From Vairimorpha necatrix (taxonomy: Eukaryota), in assembly GCA_036630325.1 (NCBI GenBank), contig CP142726.1, forward strand, positions 1,550,001-1,614,000: a stretch of DNA of 64,000 nucleotides, written 5' to 3'. This document shows, piece by piece, positions 26,747 to 37,600 of this stretch. Each line of letters starts with the position of its first letter. Positions within the stretch are counted from its first letter, which is position 1. Position numbers and translations under genes: made by a program. The notes under the pieces are model-generated. The model worked only from the letters and a program-made list of their open reading frames with translations. It was not told where the DNA came from and did no database searches.

Positions 26747-28014
26747 GGTTAAGTTCTCGACTTACCCCCCCACCCCTAAAAAAAATAAAAAAAAATAAAA
26801 AAAGGGGATAAAATAAAAAAAAGGGGAAAAAATAAAAAAAGGGGAAAAAATAAAAAAAGGGGAAAAAATAAAAAAAATAAAAAATTTGACCCATAATGAG
26901 AATTAAAGAATTTAGAAAACTCATCTATAAAAAAAATGAGTTAATGCAATTTTTAATTGCAAAAAAACATTTTGAGGGTCCCTATGTGCAATAAATGCAA
27001 TATACCAATGACTCAAAATCGAACCAACACTGAAAACTATCGTTGTTATTCAAGACGTGATGGTAAAAAATGTTCTAACAAAGGAACCATAATGAAACAA
27101 AGCGTTTTTAAGAACTCAAAATTGCCTATTGAGGATCTTTTAATATTGCTTTGCGAATGGGTAAAGGGTTCAAGTAATTTGGCCGCCACGTTAGAACTTG
27201 ATATAGGTAAATGTACGGTATCAAGATGGTTTACGCGTTTTAATAACGCCGTGTACGTCTCTTATTCAACATATATAAACAATCAAACGATTGGCGGCGT
27301 CGGTTGTATTGTTGAAATTGATGAAACTTTACTTGTAAAAAGTAAAAACCATGCGGGAAGGGTTCTTCAATATCAAGTATGGGCAGTTGGAGGCGTTGTG
27401 AGAGGGGATGCAAATTCTTTTTTCTTTGAGATCGTAGAAAATAGAACAAGAGCTACTCTTGTTGAATTAATTACAAGAAAAATTGCTCCGGGGACCACAA
27501 TTGTGACAGATTGTTGGCGTGGATATAGTGATATTCAAACAATCTGTGTAGAATATGAGTATCTACATTTGACTGTGAATCACAGCCAAAATTTTGTTGA
27601 TAATATAACTGGTGCGCATACTCAGACTATAGAGGGAATGTGGTCGGTTATTAAAAGAGAACTAAGAAAAGGCGGAACTAGTCATGGTACTATTATGAAT
27701 CTTGTAAGAAAGATTTACATTAACAGATTCAAATTAATATATCGTGAAAATCTATTAGATAAAATGTTAGAATTTTTTCAAATAGGTAATTTTAGTATTG
27801 TAGCTTATGATATTATTCCTGAAATAGACTTTACAATTGTGGAATAGTTTTTTTTTTTTTTTTTTTTTTTTGGGGGGGGGGGTAAGGGGGGTTAAGTCGA
27901 GAATTAAACGTTTTTTTATTTTTTTTTATTTTTCCCCCTTTTTTTTATTTTATCCCCTTTTTTTATTTTTTTTTATTTTTTTTAGGGGTGGGGGGGTAAG
28001 TCGAGAACTTAACC
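26747..28014 (+). mobile_element. Recent Merlin DNA transposon (1268 bp)
   Basis: Perfect terminal IR GGTTAAGTTCTCGACTTACCCCCCCACCCCTAAAA... with subterminal A/G tandem units. Perfect 8-bp TSD ATTTATTG at 26739-26746 and 28015-28022. Confidence 0.95.
26896..27847 (+). CDS. Merlin DDE transposase (ISXO2/IS1595-like)
   Basis: Zn-ribbon (CNKC...YRC...KKC), HTH-like segment, IGGVGCIVEIDET (D), IVTDCWRGY (D), HTQTIEGMW (E). Likely start is GACCCATA-ATG at 26896, separated from ORF 26957-27847 by one extra A in the A7 run at 26961-26967. Confidence 0.9.
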
Positions 28015-28031
28015 ATTTATTGTTTTTAATC

Positions 28032-28635
28032 CAGTACAAGAGATCATGGAAAATGATCGTGCAGAAATAAGAGTAGATACGAGAATATCCACTAATATAA
28101 AGGTGACCCATAATAAGCCTGATATTCTTGTGTTTGACAAGAAGAAGAAAGAAATTTTAATAGTTGAAGTTGGTATAACCAACCAGGATCGACTTACTAT
28201 AGTTGAGAATGAAAAACTCAAAAAATATGACCTTCTTGCAAATGAACTGGGACTAATACATAAATTTCGGACAAGAATAGTTCCTTATGTGATGACATGG
28301 GATGGAGTGATAACCAAATATCACAGAAAGTATATCAGGAAGCTGAAAATCCAACTCTACCTGGAAGCATATATCCAGTCTATTGTCGATCAAGCTCTAG
28401 AGTCCATTTTTTTGGAACGACGACGAGTATACGATCAGATGCAGTGGAAGAAGAAGTGGATAGAGCTGTAAGCGCAATAGCGAATATGGCAACTGTTAAA
28501 GGAGTGATGTCGGCAAATGGGAATGAAGCTGAAAAAGTGAAGTTGGAAAACATTAATAATTCCACAGAAACAAAATTCTGTGAAGAGCTGAATCCCATGA
28601 GCGATACCGGGGACAGCTATGCTAACACTATTTAA
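28032..28635 (+). mobile_element. 5'-truncated RLE-type non-LTR retrotransposon fragment (copy B)
   Basis: Near-identical to 33988-34575. Encodes KPDILVFDKKKKEILIVEVGI...EKLKKY (PD-(D/E)xK endonuclease). Frameshifted near its 3' end. Confidence 0.85.
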
Positions 28636-28990
28636 AATTAATTATAAAATAGCCCAATAAATTATTTATTTATTGTTTTTTAATATCATAAGTGCTTTGA
28701 GATTTTAGCTCTTCTTTGCTCCTCCTTTTTTTTGCAGTTCGTTTTTGAGATTCGATAAAATGAACACCCTTAAAAAGGGGCTGTAGTTTGCTTAAGCCCA
28801 TGGATTTGTTTTGACATTTAAACTGATGGGTTTTAAATAAAAAACATTTTTTTGCCTGTCAAAAATTTTGCTAAAGATTGAAATATTATTCATTGAAAAT
28901 TTGGATGTCTAAATATTAAATAATAAAAAAAATATTAATACTTAATTTAATTAAAAATTTTTTACTATCTAAAAAAATCGGTGTAACCCC

Positions 28991-31288
28991 ATGGATATAA
29001 TTAAATTTGTTGTAGCATTTTTAGTTGTACAATGTTCGGATATTGTGTATAATAATCTAAAAACTGCTTTTTTAAATAAAATAGCAGTAGGAGATTATTG
29101 TTTTTTGAATAATGAAAGCAGATATTTATGTGTAATGTTTAATTTTCACCTTCGCAAAAATGCAATAAAAGCAGGAATTAAGATTACAACTTTTCCTTGG
29201 CATTTTGAAGAATCAGAATATTTGATTGTGAATATGGAGAACAAATCTATTGATAATATCTTAAAGAAATTCGAAGAAAAATTATTTATTAAATACAAAA
29301 AAAAAGCAGCAGATGCTATAATATTAATATACAGACCAAACAATTGTAGAACTAATGCATTCTATAAAAGAATTATCAAACGGATAGAAAAAATAAATGA
29401 CGAACGAAAAGAAATGCATATACGTCCTGATATCATTTATAAATATATAATTGGCATCGATTCTCTATGGTATAGAATGACCAAAGTATTGAGAGATGAT
29501 TTGGAATTATACGGAGTTCGGATCGATTATAAAATTCCGCTATATATTGAAGAAAATACAGAAGGAATTTATTTAGTTATTAGTATTCAATTAGATAATA
29601 TATATTATTGTTTTGAAATAGATGTTAAAGAACTTGATAGAAATTTGATATTATCACTGGTAGAATTTGAGCCTCCACATGAAGATGAAAGTCATGACCT
29701 GATTAGTAGGTTGTTTTGTGATTTGTATGCTTTTGTTTCTACTGATGATATCGGTTCCTTACATCCTTCACGCTTTTCAGTTTGTGAACTCAATAAAATT
29801 GAATTTTTTGAAAACAAAATACAAATGGGTTTAGAATGTGAAAAATTATGTCTTAATATTAACACTGATAATTTTAAATATATTTTAAGAAAGAAGGTAG
29901 GTAGAGGTGAAACTAAATTATTCATTTATGAAAAAACTTATTTACAATTTCAAGGATTTTTTAAAAAAATTTATGCAATAGAACAAATGAAAGAGAAAGA
30001 AAATATCATAGAATTGTTTTATAGGTTGATGAGTAATAATAATCAAGTACTTTATTTATTAAATAGAATTTTAGATAAAACAAGCACTGTTCTGAATATT
30101 ATTTTTAAATATCTTATAGACTGTCAGAATATAATTAATAAAAACGAACTTGAGTTGACAATAGGAAAAAAACAGAGAAATAAAACAGAAAGGCAAATAA
30201 TCTTGGAAGCACTACAGGATATATTTTCGCGCGGCTATAAGTCATCAAGTACCTATCTAATTAAAATCTGTTTATTGCTAGAAGCTGAAGAGCTTATTAA
30301 TAAAAACGAGGTATTCGATGAACCAATATTTGGGACTTTGAAAAGAATTACTGAATTAGTTCCGTCGCAGGAAAATTCAATGAACATTATCTCGAGCGAA
30401 GATAATATTAATTTGTGTAAAGCATATCAATATTTAATAAAAAATTGTCTTGCGGATATAAAAATATATAAAAGAAATATTTGGAAGGTTGTATATAAAT
30501 TTGCGGCATTGTTTACAGGTTTAGAAAAGACTGAATGCATTGCAGCTGATTATTATTATTATATCGTAAAAAGTAATGAGATCGCAAATTTGGGCCTCGG
30601 GGAAAATGAAGTTACTAAAAATTACGATACGGTAAGTAAAAAAATATTAGAAAAACATTTAGAAGACATTAAAAAAGAAAATTTAAAGTATTTTTATAAT
30701 ATTAAAAATATTATCGAAAGCATTAGCCATCTAAAAATGAGCGAAGAAGAAATAAAGATTAAAGGATCTGAAATAACGACACTCTTAAATAAAATAAATA
30801 TAAAAATACATAGATTAAAGTTAATGTCTTTGAAAAATGAAGCTCTAAATGCAAATATTGAAAATTTATACGATGAAAAGACAAGAACTAAATTTGAAAA
30901 TGACTTAAGAGAAAGAGGAAGAGAAGAACTAACAAATATTTATATAGGTGATATTGAAACTCACGAATTGATTAAATTTATAGATAAATATGACAAAAAT
31001 ATTCTACTCGAATATAATAATAACATTTTGATTACATTCTTTGCTGAATTGAGTGCTTTTATTGACAAAAATACAAAAAGAAGTTGTGAAAGAGATTTAC
31101 CAAGAGTTTCTGTTTCACTTATCGAAAATAGTTTAAATAATGAAGCATTTAAACAATATGCTTGCGAAAAAATTCTTAGAAGGATGGTTAACATATTAGG
31201 TGAAATTGGCATATTAAAAAGTTTAAATAAATCAGGAATAACATTACATGATGATTTAGTAAAAACAATAAAAGATAAAGAAGAGTGA
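28991..31288 (+). CDS. Hypothetical 765-aa protein with predicted signal peptide
   Basis: Long intact ORF with AACCCC-ATG. N-terminus MDIIKFVVAFLVVQCS. AATAAA lies just after the stop. No recognised domain. Confidence 0.85.
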   Translation: MDIIKFVVAFLVVQCSDIVYNNLKTAFLNKIAVGDYCFLNNESRYLCVMFNFHLRKNAIKAGIKITTFPWHFEESEYLIVNMENKSIDNILKKFEEKLFIKYKKKAADAIILIYRPNNCRTNAFYKRIIKRIEKINDERKEMHIRPDIIYKYIIGIDSLWYRMTKVLRDDLELYGVRIDYKIPLYIEENTEGIYLVISIQLDNIYYCFEIDVKELDRNLILSLVEFEPPHEDESHDLISRLFCDLYAFVSTDDIGSLHPSRFSVCELNKIEFFENKIQMGLECEKLCLNINTDNFKYILRKKVGRGETKLFIYEKTYLQFQGFFKKIYAIEQMKEKENIIELFYRLMSNNNQVLYLLNRILDKTSTVLNIIFKYLIDCQNIINKNELELTIGKKQRNKTERQIILEALQDIFSRGYKSSSTYLIKICLLLEAEELINKNEVFDEPIFGTLKRITELVPSQENSMNIISSEDNINLCKAYQYLIKNCLADIKIYKRNIWKVVYKFAALFTGLEKTECIAADYYYYIVKSNEIANLGLGENEVTKNYDTVSKKILEKHLEDIKKENLKYFYNIKNIIESISHLKMSEEEIKIKGSEITTLLNKINIKIHRLKLMSLKNEALNANIENLYDEKTRTKFENDLRERGREELTNIYIGDIETHELIKFIDKYDKNILLEYNNNILITFFAELSAFIDKNTKRSCERDLPRVSVSLIENSLNNEAFKQYACEKILRRMVNILGEIGILKSLNKSGITLHDDLVKTIKDKEE

Positions 31289-33367
31289 GATCTTAGAGAA
31301 AAATAAATATCTAATTTTACTAAATTGTTGTATACTTTGTTACGTTCTAATATCTTTATATTTTTCACAAAAAAATCAATGTAATCGTCGTTGTTGTAAA
31401 TACGTGAATTCGAATCAACAACATATCATGTATTTATAAATTTTTACAAGTATATTATAGTATCATCTTATAAATGACAAAGTTGTAAGTATTTTAAAAC
31501 ATTCTCGATTGTATATTAAACCAAGATTTTTTGATCAAAGTAATATATCAGTGGATAAAATATTGTCCAAGCATTATATACGCATAATAATGGCATGTTA
31601 TACCATTTCTATCTTGTGTAAAAAGTTATTAAATCCTAAAATAAGAACTTATGAAAATAATTTTCAGAGTGCTGAGAATATATATTTTTAATAAATCCAA
31701 CTCTTAACTTACAATTATTTTTAACATGGTGGAGAATAAAAAATAACCGAACTTAAACATAAACAAAGGAAGAGGTTAAAAATTCCGTCAAGGCATGAAA
31801 CGTAAAAAAATGCAGTAATGATAGAATAGAGATGGTTGGTTGTCAAAACGAAAAGAATGTAATGAATTGCATCAATCAAAGAAATCGGATAGGAGAAAAC
31901 GTAGTTGGGCCAAGAAGAGTAGCGAAGAAACAGTATTGAGGAAATTATATATGCTATGAGACATGTCCAGATGTAGCGTAGTGATATTCCTATTATTCAC
32001 ACTCAAAGCTGTGTCTGCAAGATGGCTAACAACCAGTGTAAGAAAATCCAAATAGATTTAAAAAAAAAAGAAATCAAAAAAGACAATTTTAATTTGAAGA
32101 ATGAGATACACGGACAAAATCCGTACCATTTTTTGGAAGACATGTGTAAAGAAAAATCTCATGCCCATAGATCTTTTTTTTAATAGGGAAATAAAGTACC
32201 GTAAAGACCAATACAAGAAAACATAGTAAGACGCGAAAGAGTAAAGCGCAGCCGATGGCTAATTTTCATAAAAATGCTCCTTTATTTTGAGAGCTAAGTA
32301 GTAGGGTAGAAAGTAGTAAAGATAATTACATCACCCAGTTCAAAATTTAGCGCAAGGATGTTACGAATAAAATTGTAATACATTTAACCTGTAACTTACA
32401 ATTATATTTAACACATTGAATTTAAATATAGTGTGATAAATAAAATACAAATACTATATATTAGAATTAGATTAAAACAAAAATATTTTTAAGATAAAAT
32501 ATTATTATTTTGAATATATAAAAACGATATGGCAATGTAATAATTTAAATTATTTATGTAACAAAGCTCAAGGGCTACATGTTTGACAGTTTAAAATATT
32601 CTGATAAATAAAATTTTTTATTTTACTCCCACGTATTGTAGAAGAAAAAGAAGATAGAAAAAAAACATTTTAATATCGACCATATTGTAATTTTTATAAT
32701 ATATATATATATATAAAAATAAGATAAAAAGAAAAAAAAATAATTTTCTATCATGAACGCATCAAAGGACGCATGAGAAAATTTATAAAAAAATATTGCA
32801 ACCATTTAATCATAAAATTTGATTTAGATATATTTAGACAAAATATAACGTGTTATAATAAAGAGGAAATTTGCATCATTAAAATTTTGTATGAGTACGT
32901 AAGTAAGTATTCTAAATCAATTCAATCAAAAGTCTCTATTATGAAAAATATACTTTGTATATATTTATGATATAGTTTTGTAAAAAGTTTAAACTATATC
33001 AAATCTACAATGCCAACTTTAAGATATTTTTATGTCTTTCTTCAAATATTTAATAATAATTCCTTCATGTTTTCATTCCGACGGATTTTAATGTATAACT
33101 GTGGTATACATTTTATGATATAGTACGATTAACGCATTAATTTTGCAAGATCTAAACAAGATAGCTAAAAAATATGTACATGATTCGAATTGAATAAACA
33201 TTTATTTTTTTATTGTATATCAGAATGATTATATTTAAAGACAAAATAATTCTTACGTATTGTGTTATTACAGCTACATAAACATCTTTATTTCTCATAG
33301 TATGTATTTTACAATTTTTAATTTTTTTACTCCTTCTTATTTTTAAATATTTTATTTAAAAAATCAA

Positions 33368-34626
33368 CAGCCAGCCTGCAAGGAAAGACTATACCTTCCT
33401 AGATCCGAAATGGGCAGAGGCCTCATAAGTATCGAAGATAGAAGCGAAAGTATGCTTCTGAATATTTATAAAACATTAGATGGGTCTAGAAATAGCTCAC
33501 TAAGACGGGCAGCGATACTTAAAGTAGAGGCAGAGAGCAAATCCCACTTGTTTACAATAAACGAGTATCTAAGGATTAGGTATAGCTTTGTAGGAGAGAT
33601 AACCCAGAAGATGCTAATAGAATCCCAAAAAGAAGCGCTTTACAACAAAATTAACATAAGGACAAACCATGGAAAGTTGTTTAAAGCTAGGGACAATGAT
33701 TTAGTAAGCATTAGGGACTCTTCTACCTGGCTGGTTAAAGGAAACAATCAGGCTAGATCCGAAGCAATTTACTGCTTCCTACAGGATAGAAATATCTTCT
33801 GTGGACAAGAGGGACAATGTCCCCATTGTGGATCTCATAGGAAGACCGTGGATCATTTAGCTACCAAGTGTGATCGAATGTTGGGTTTTGATTATATGAA
33901 AAGACACAACGAGGTAGTTAGATGCATTCATCTCTTACTATGTATTAAATATGGGTTTAAGAAGACAAAGAAAATACGTGGACACTCAGTACAAGAGATC
34001 ATGGAAAATGATCGTGCAGAAATAAGAGTAGATACGAGAATATCCACTAATATAAAGGTAACCCATAATAAGCCTGATATTCTTGTGTTTGACAAGAAGA
34101 AGAAAGAAATTTTAATAGTTGAAGTTGGTATAACCAACCAGGATCGACTTACTATAGTTGAGAATGAAAAACTAAGAAAATATGACCTTCTTGCAAATGA
34201 ACTGGGACTAATACATAAATCCCGGACAAGAATAGTTCCTTATGTAATGACATGGGATGGAGTGGTGACCAAATATCACAGAAAGTATATCAGGAAGCTG
34301 AAAATCCAACTCTACCTGGAAGCATATATCCAGTCTATTGTCGATCAAGCTCTAGAGTCCATTTTTTGGAACGACGACGAGTATACGATCAGATGCAGTG
34401 GAAGAAGAAGTGGATAGAGCTGTAAGCGCAATAGCGAATATGGCAACTGTTAAAGGAGTGATGTCGGCAAATGGGAATGAAGCTGAAAAAGTGAAGTTGG
34501 AAAACATTAATAATTCCACAGAAACCAAAGTCTGTGAAGAGCTGAATCCCATGAGCGATACCGGGGAAAGCTGTGCTATGAATATCTAAACATAATTGAA
34601 AATTAACTCAATAAATCTTTTATTCC
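33368..34626 (+). mobile_element. 5'-truncated RLE-type (R4/Dong/NeSL-like) non-LTR retrotransposon (copy C)
   Basis: Encodes the post-RT motif ERLYLPRSEMGRGL, a CCHC knuckle CPHCGSHRKTVDHLATKC, RHN, and a KPDI...EVGI...EK..KY restriction-like endonuclease. 11-bp TSD TAAAAAATCAA at 33357-33367 and 34627-34637. Confidence 0.9.
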
Positions 34627-37600
34627 TAAAAAATCAATAAATTCAAGTGAGATAGACTCGAATAAAAAAATTATTTTAAAACTTTTTAATGCCTGGCAAT
34701 GATAGCCGCTCGAACATCCAGTTATTTAGAGTACTACTTTAGAGCAATGCTAATTCCTTTGCCGTTTGACAAGACTATTAATATAAAATTAAAATATGTC
34801 TAAAATTGATAATGCAATTTTTATAAAACAATATGAGTCATTTCTGATAAAAAATAAATATAGATGATCTTATATATTAATAAAATTGTAAAAGATGTAC
34901 AACATGAACATCGTTGGTTACTAAAAAGTATTCGTACATAATATATAATATTATTGAAGAATTAATGTTTATATTTTTATTACATTTTTCTAGTTTTAGT
35001 AATTTTAATGATTTTTAAGAAGATAAGACATTATCACTAAAAATAAAATGTTGAGAACAAACACTTAATTATATTTTAATTTGTTAAATTCAAATCTATA
35101 AAACACACAAATTTATAATTAAATAATCTAAGGAGAAAAAATTACATTGAAAAATCAAATATTATTTCCTTAAAACTGTCTATTTTTTTATTTGTGATGT
35201 ATGGACTACCTTACAACAATAAGGGTCAATGATACTGTAGAAACATGTTTATAAATGGAAAAGTATGAACTTTCACTAAAATTGCTGAACAAAATTGTTA
35301 TATTAAAATTAAAATATATAAAAAATTTTGTCTTTGAGGGGCATGGAATACATGAGAAGTCAATACACCATCAATAAATATATTAATATTAACAATATTT
35401 TAGAAAACTAAAATAAATATAGCAAAGTTCTGTCTATACGGGACGTTATTCTTTTATTTGTATGATAAAATAATAACATGTGAACATTAAAAATGTTACA
35501 TACAGAAATTATAATTTTAAAAATGTATTTATATTTTTTGGAAATAATAAATATACACAGCCAATATAAAAAATTAATATTTATATGTCTTTTACACATA
35601 ACAAAAAGATTTTAATGAGAGAAAATTATATAATTAATCTCGTTTTAACCCTAGAGCCGAAAATAAGGCTACAGAGATAAACCAATTACAACAGAGATAG
35701 CTTAATTGTTTTTAAATATTAAAGACACAAATTAAGTATTTTTTCGATATAAATAATATATTCTTGTCTACCAAAAATTAAATTCTCACAATATGCTTTT
35801 TATATGAAAAAATGATATACGATGTTATAAAGGATACAGGAAGATATTAATGTTTTAAATCGTTTTTTAAAGTAAAAAAAATTATGTGTACTGTTCACAA
35901 CCTTAATCCCTCTTTTCAGTCACTTAAAACAAATCTAATGTTTTAATTTATAGTTAGTAGTAATGAAATTTTCTTAGTGGTTAATTAAATGATAGCTTTT
36001 TACACATTGATAAAAATTACTATCCATAAAGATTCAAAATACCCATATTAAAATAAAATTTTAGAGCAAAATATAAAACTTTTTTCAAAAAAAGTTTATA
36101 CCATCACTTAAGCAAAAAAATTAATACAAATAGATCTTGTCGGTAATATATTTTACCATATTTCAATAATTCAACAAAACTCAATCTTGTAACATCAATT
36201 TAAAGGTCAAAATATCTCAATTTTAAGACGTTATTAAAATATAGCCTAATAAAAAAAATAAAAAACGTATAAAGTACTAAAAGTATGCAAGAACCCGGAG
36301 AAAAAGAATTTATAAAATTACAAACATCATAGATTTCATCGTATAAATTCGTAAATTTCAAATGTAATATCATACTTTAGATATTCCAGCAAGAGATTAA
36401 TTCAATAGGACAAAAAAAATTTAGCCCCTATTGAAAGCAAGAATGGAAATATATGTAACAAATTTGATTTTAAATTTTAATTGAATATAATAAAAAAATT
36501 TTAAATGATATTTTTTGAGGTCTTTTTCATATTAGACTACTATTACAAGTAATTATATTTTTTATACAAAAGAAAGAAGCCGTATAAATTAAATAAAGTA
36601 TTCTAAAATTGTCTTAAAATAAAATACGTAGATTTTAAGAAAAAAACCAAGAATATTTCAAGCCATATAGGCATACAATATTTTCAAATAAATTCAGTTA
36701 ATAGAAAGGATATTGCAAAGATAAATTTATACTATTTTCGAAAAAAATTAGAAGCATGACTTTAAAAACTTACCAAATTTTAGCATTTTTTTAAGAATAT
36801 AAGGTTTCACTTAATGATTCAAACAACAATGATAGAATTACAAGTTATCACAGAAATAATATTTTTTAAAGTGTCAATCAAGCGATTTTATTGACTCAAT
36901 TAAATTCTTGTTTGTAAATATTACAATTAGAGGTGCAAAATATGGTAAAGCTATTAAGAAAACATGTAATGTATTTGGTATATTAAATAGTTATTAGATG
37001 TAAAATAAGAACACAAAGATGTTAGTATTTATTAACGTTACTATATTTTCAATTTAACTTTGAGATTGCTTATCTACAATAATAAGTCAGATTGTTCATA
37101 AGATTTCATTTAAAAATCTCTTTACAAAGAAATTGATTTTTAGCTGAAAACTAGGTAAATATTATTTAAATATATTTTTTATAAAAATTGCTAAAATCAA
37201 GGGTAAATATCTCATATATAATATTTAAGATGAAAACTCTTATTATAAAATAGATTATAGTTATTGAATAATTAGAAATTTCTAATTTAAGACTATTGAG
37301 AATATTTAGTGTATGAAAAATGTGAAGTGCATGTAAAAGTGGTATCCACTCTAATTAGTTTTTGAATTACAGTCACAAAAAATGAATATGCTGTAAAATC
37401 ACCAAAAACATTTTAAAAATCCCATCATTTAGACTATATCCTATCTTTGCAACTTTTTAAAATATTTTATCCAGAGGAGCCCAATAAAAAATTGAAAGAA
37501 ACAGAAAAAATTAAAATTATAAAGTAATTAATACAACAAGCAAGTGATTCAAAATAAAATTTTTAATTTACTCAATTACGCAATTTTATTTGAACTAAAA

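Larger units (their letters stand above)
24120..28800. mobile_element. Outer, old Merlin-like TIR pair enclosing a nested TE cluster
   Basis: 24120-24290 and the reverse complement of 28650-28800 share GGCT.AAG..TACA.CCCCT...GTTCA.TTTAT..TCGAA...TGCAAAAAA..AGGAGCA...AAGCACTTATGA.ATTAAAA. They are related to the inner TIRs at 24328/25558. Boundaries approximate. Confidence 0.5.

Noticed and set aside
26709-28070. Phe-rich ORFs 26709-26924(-) and 27837-28070(+)
   Set aside because: They are translations of the Merlin TIR A/G tandem repeats.
31780-32360. Purine- and GC-richer patch resembling decayed coding or TE sequence
   Set aside because: No diagnostic motif, termini or TSD could be read.
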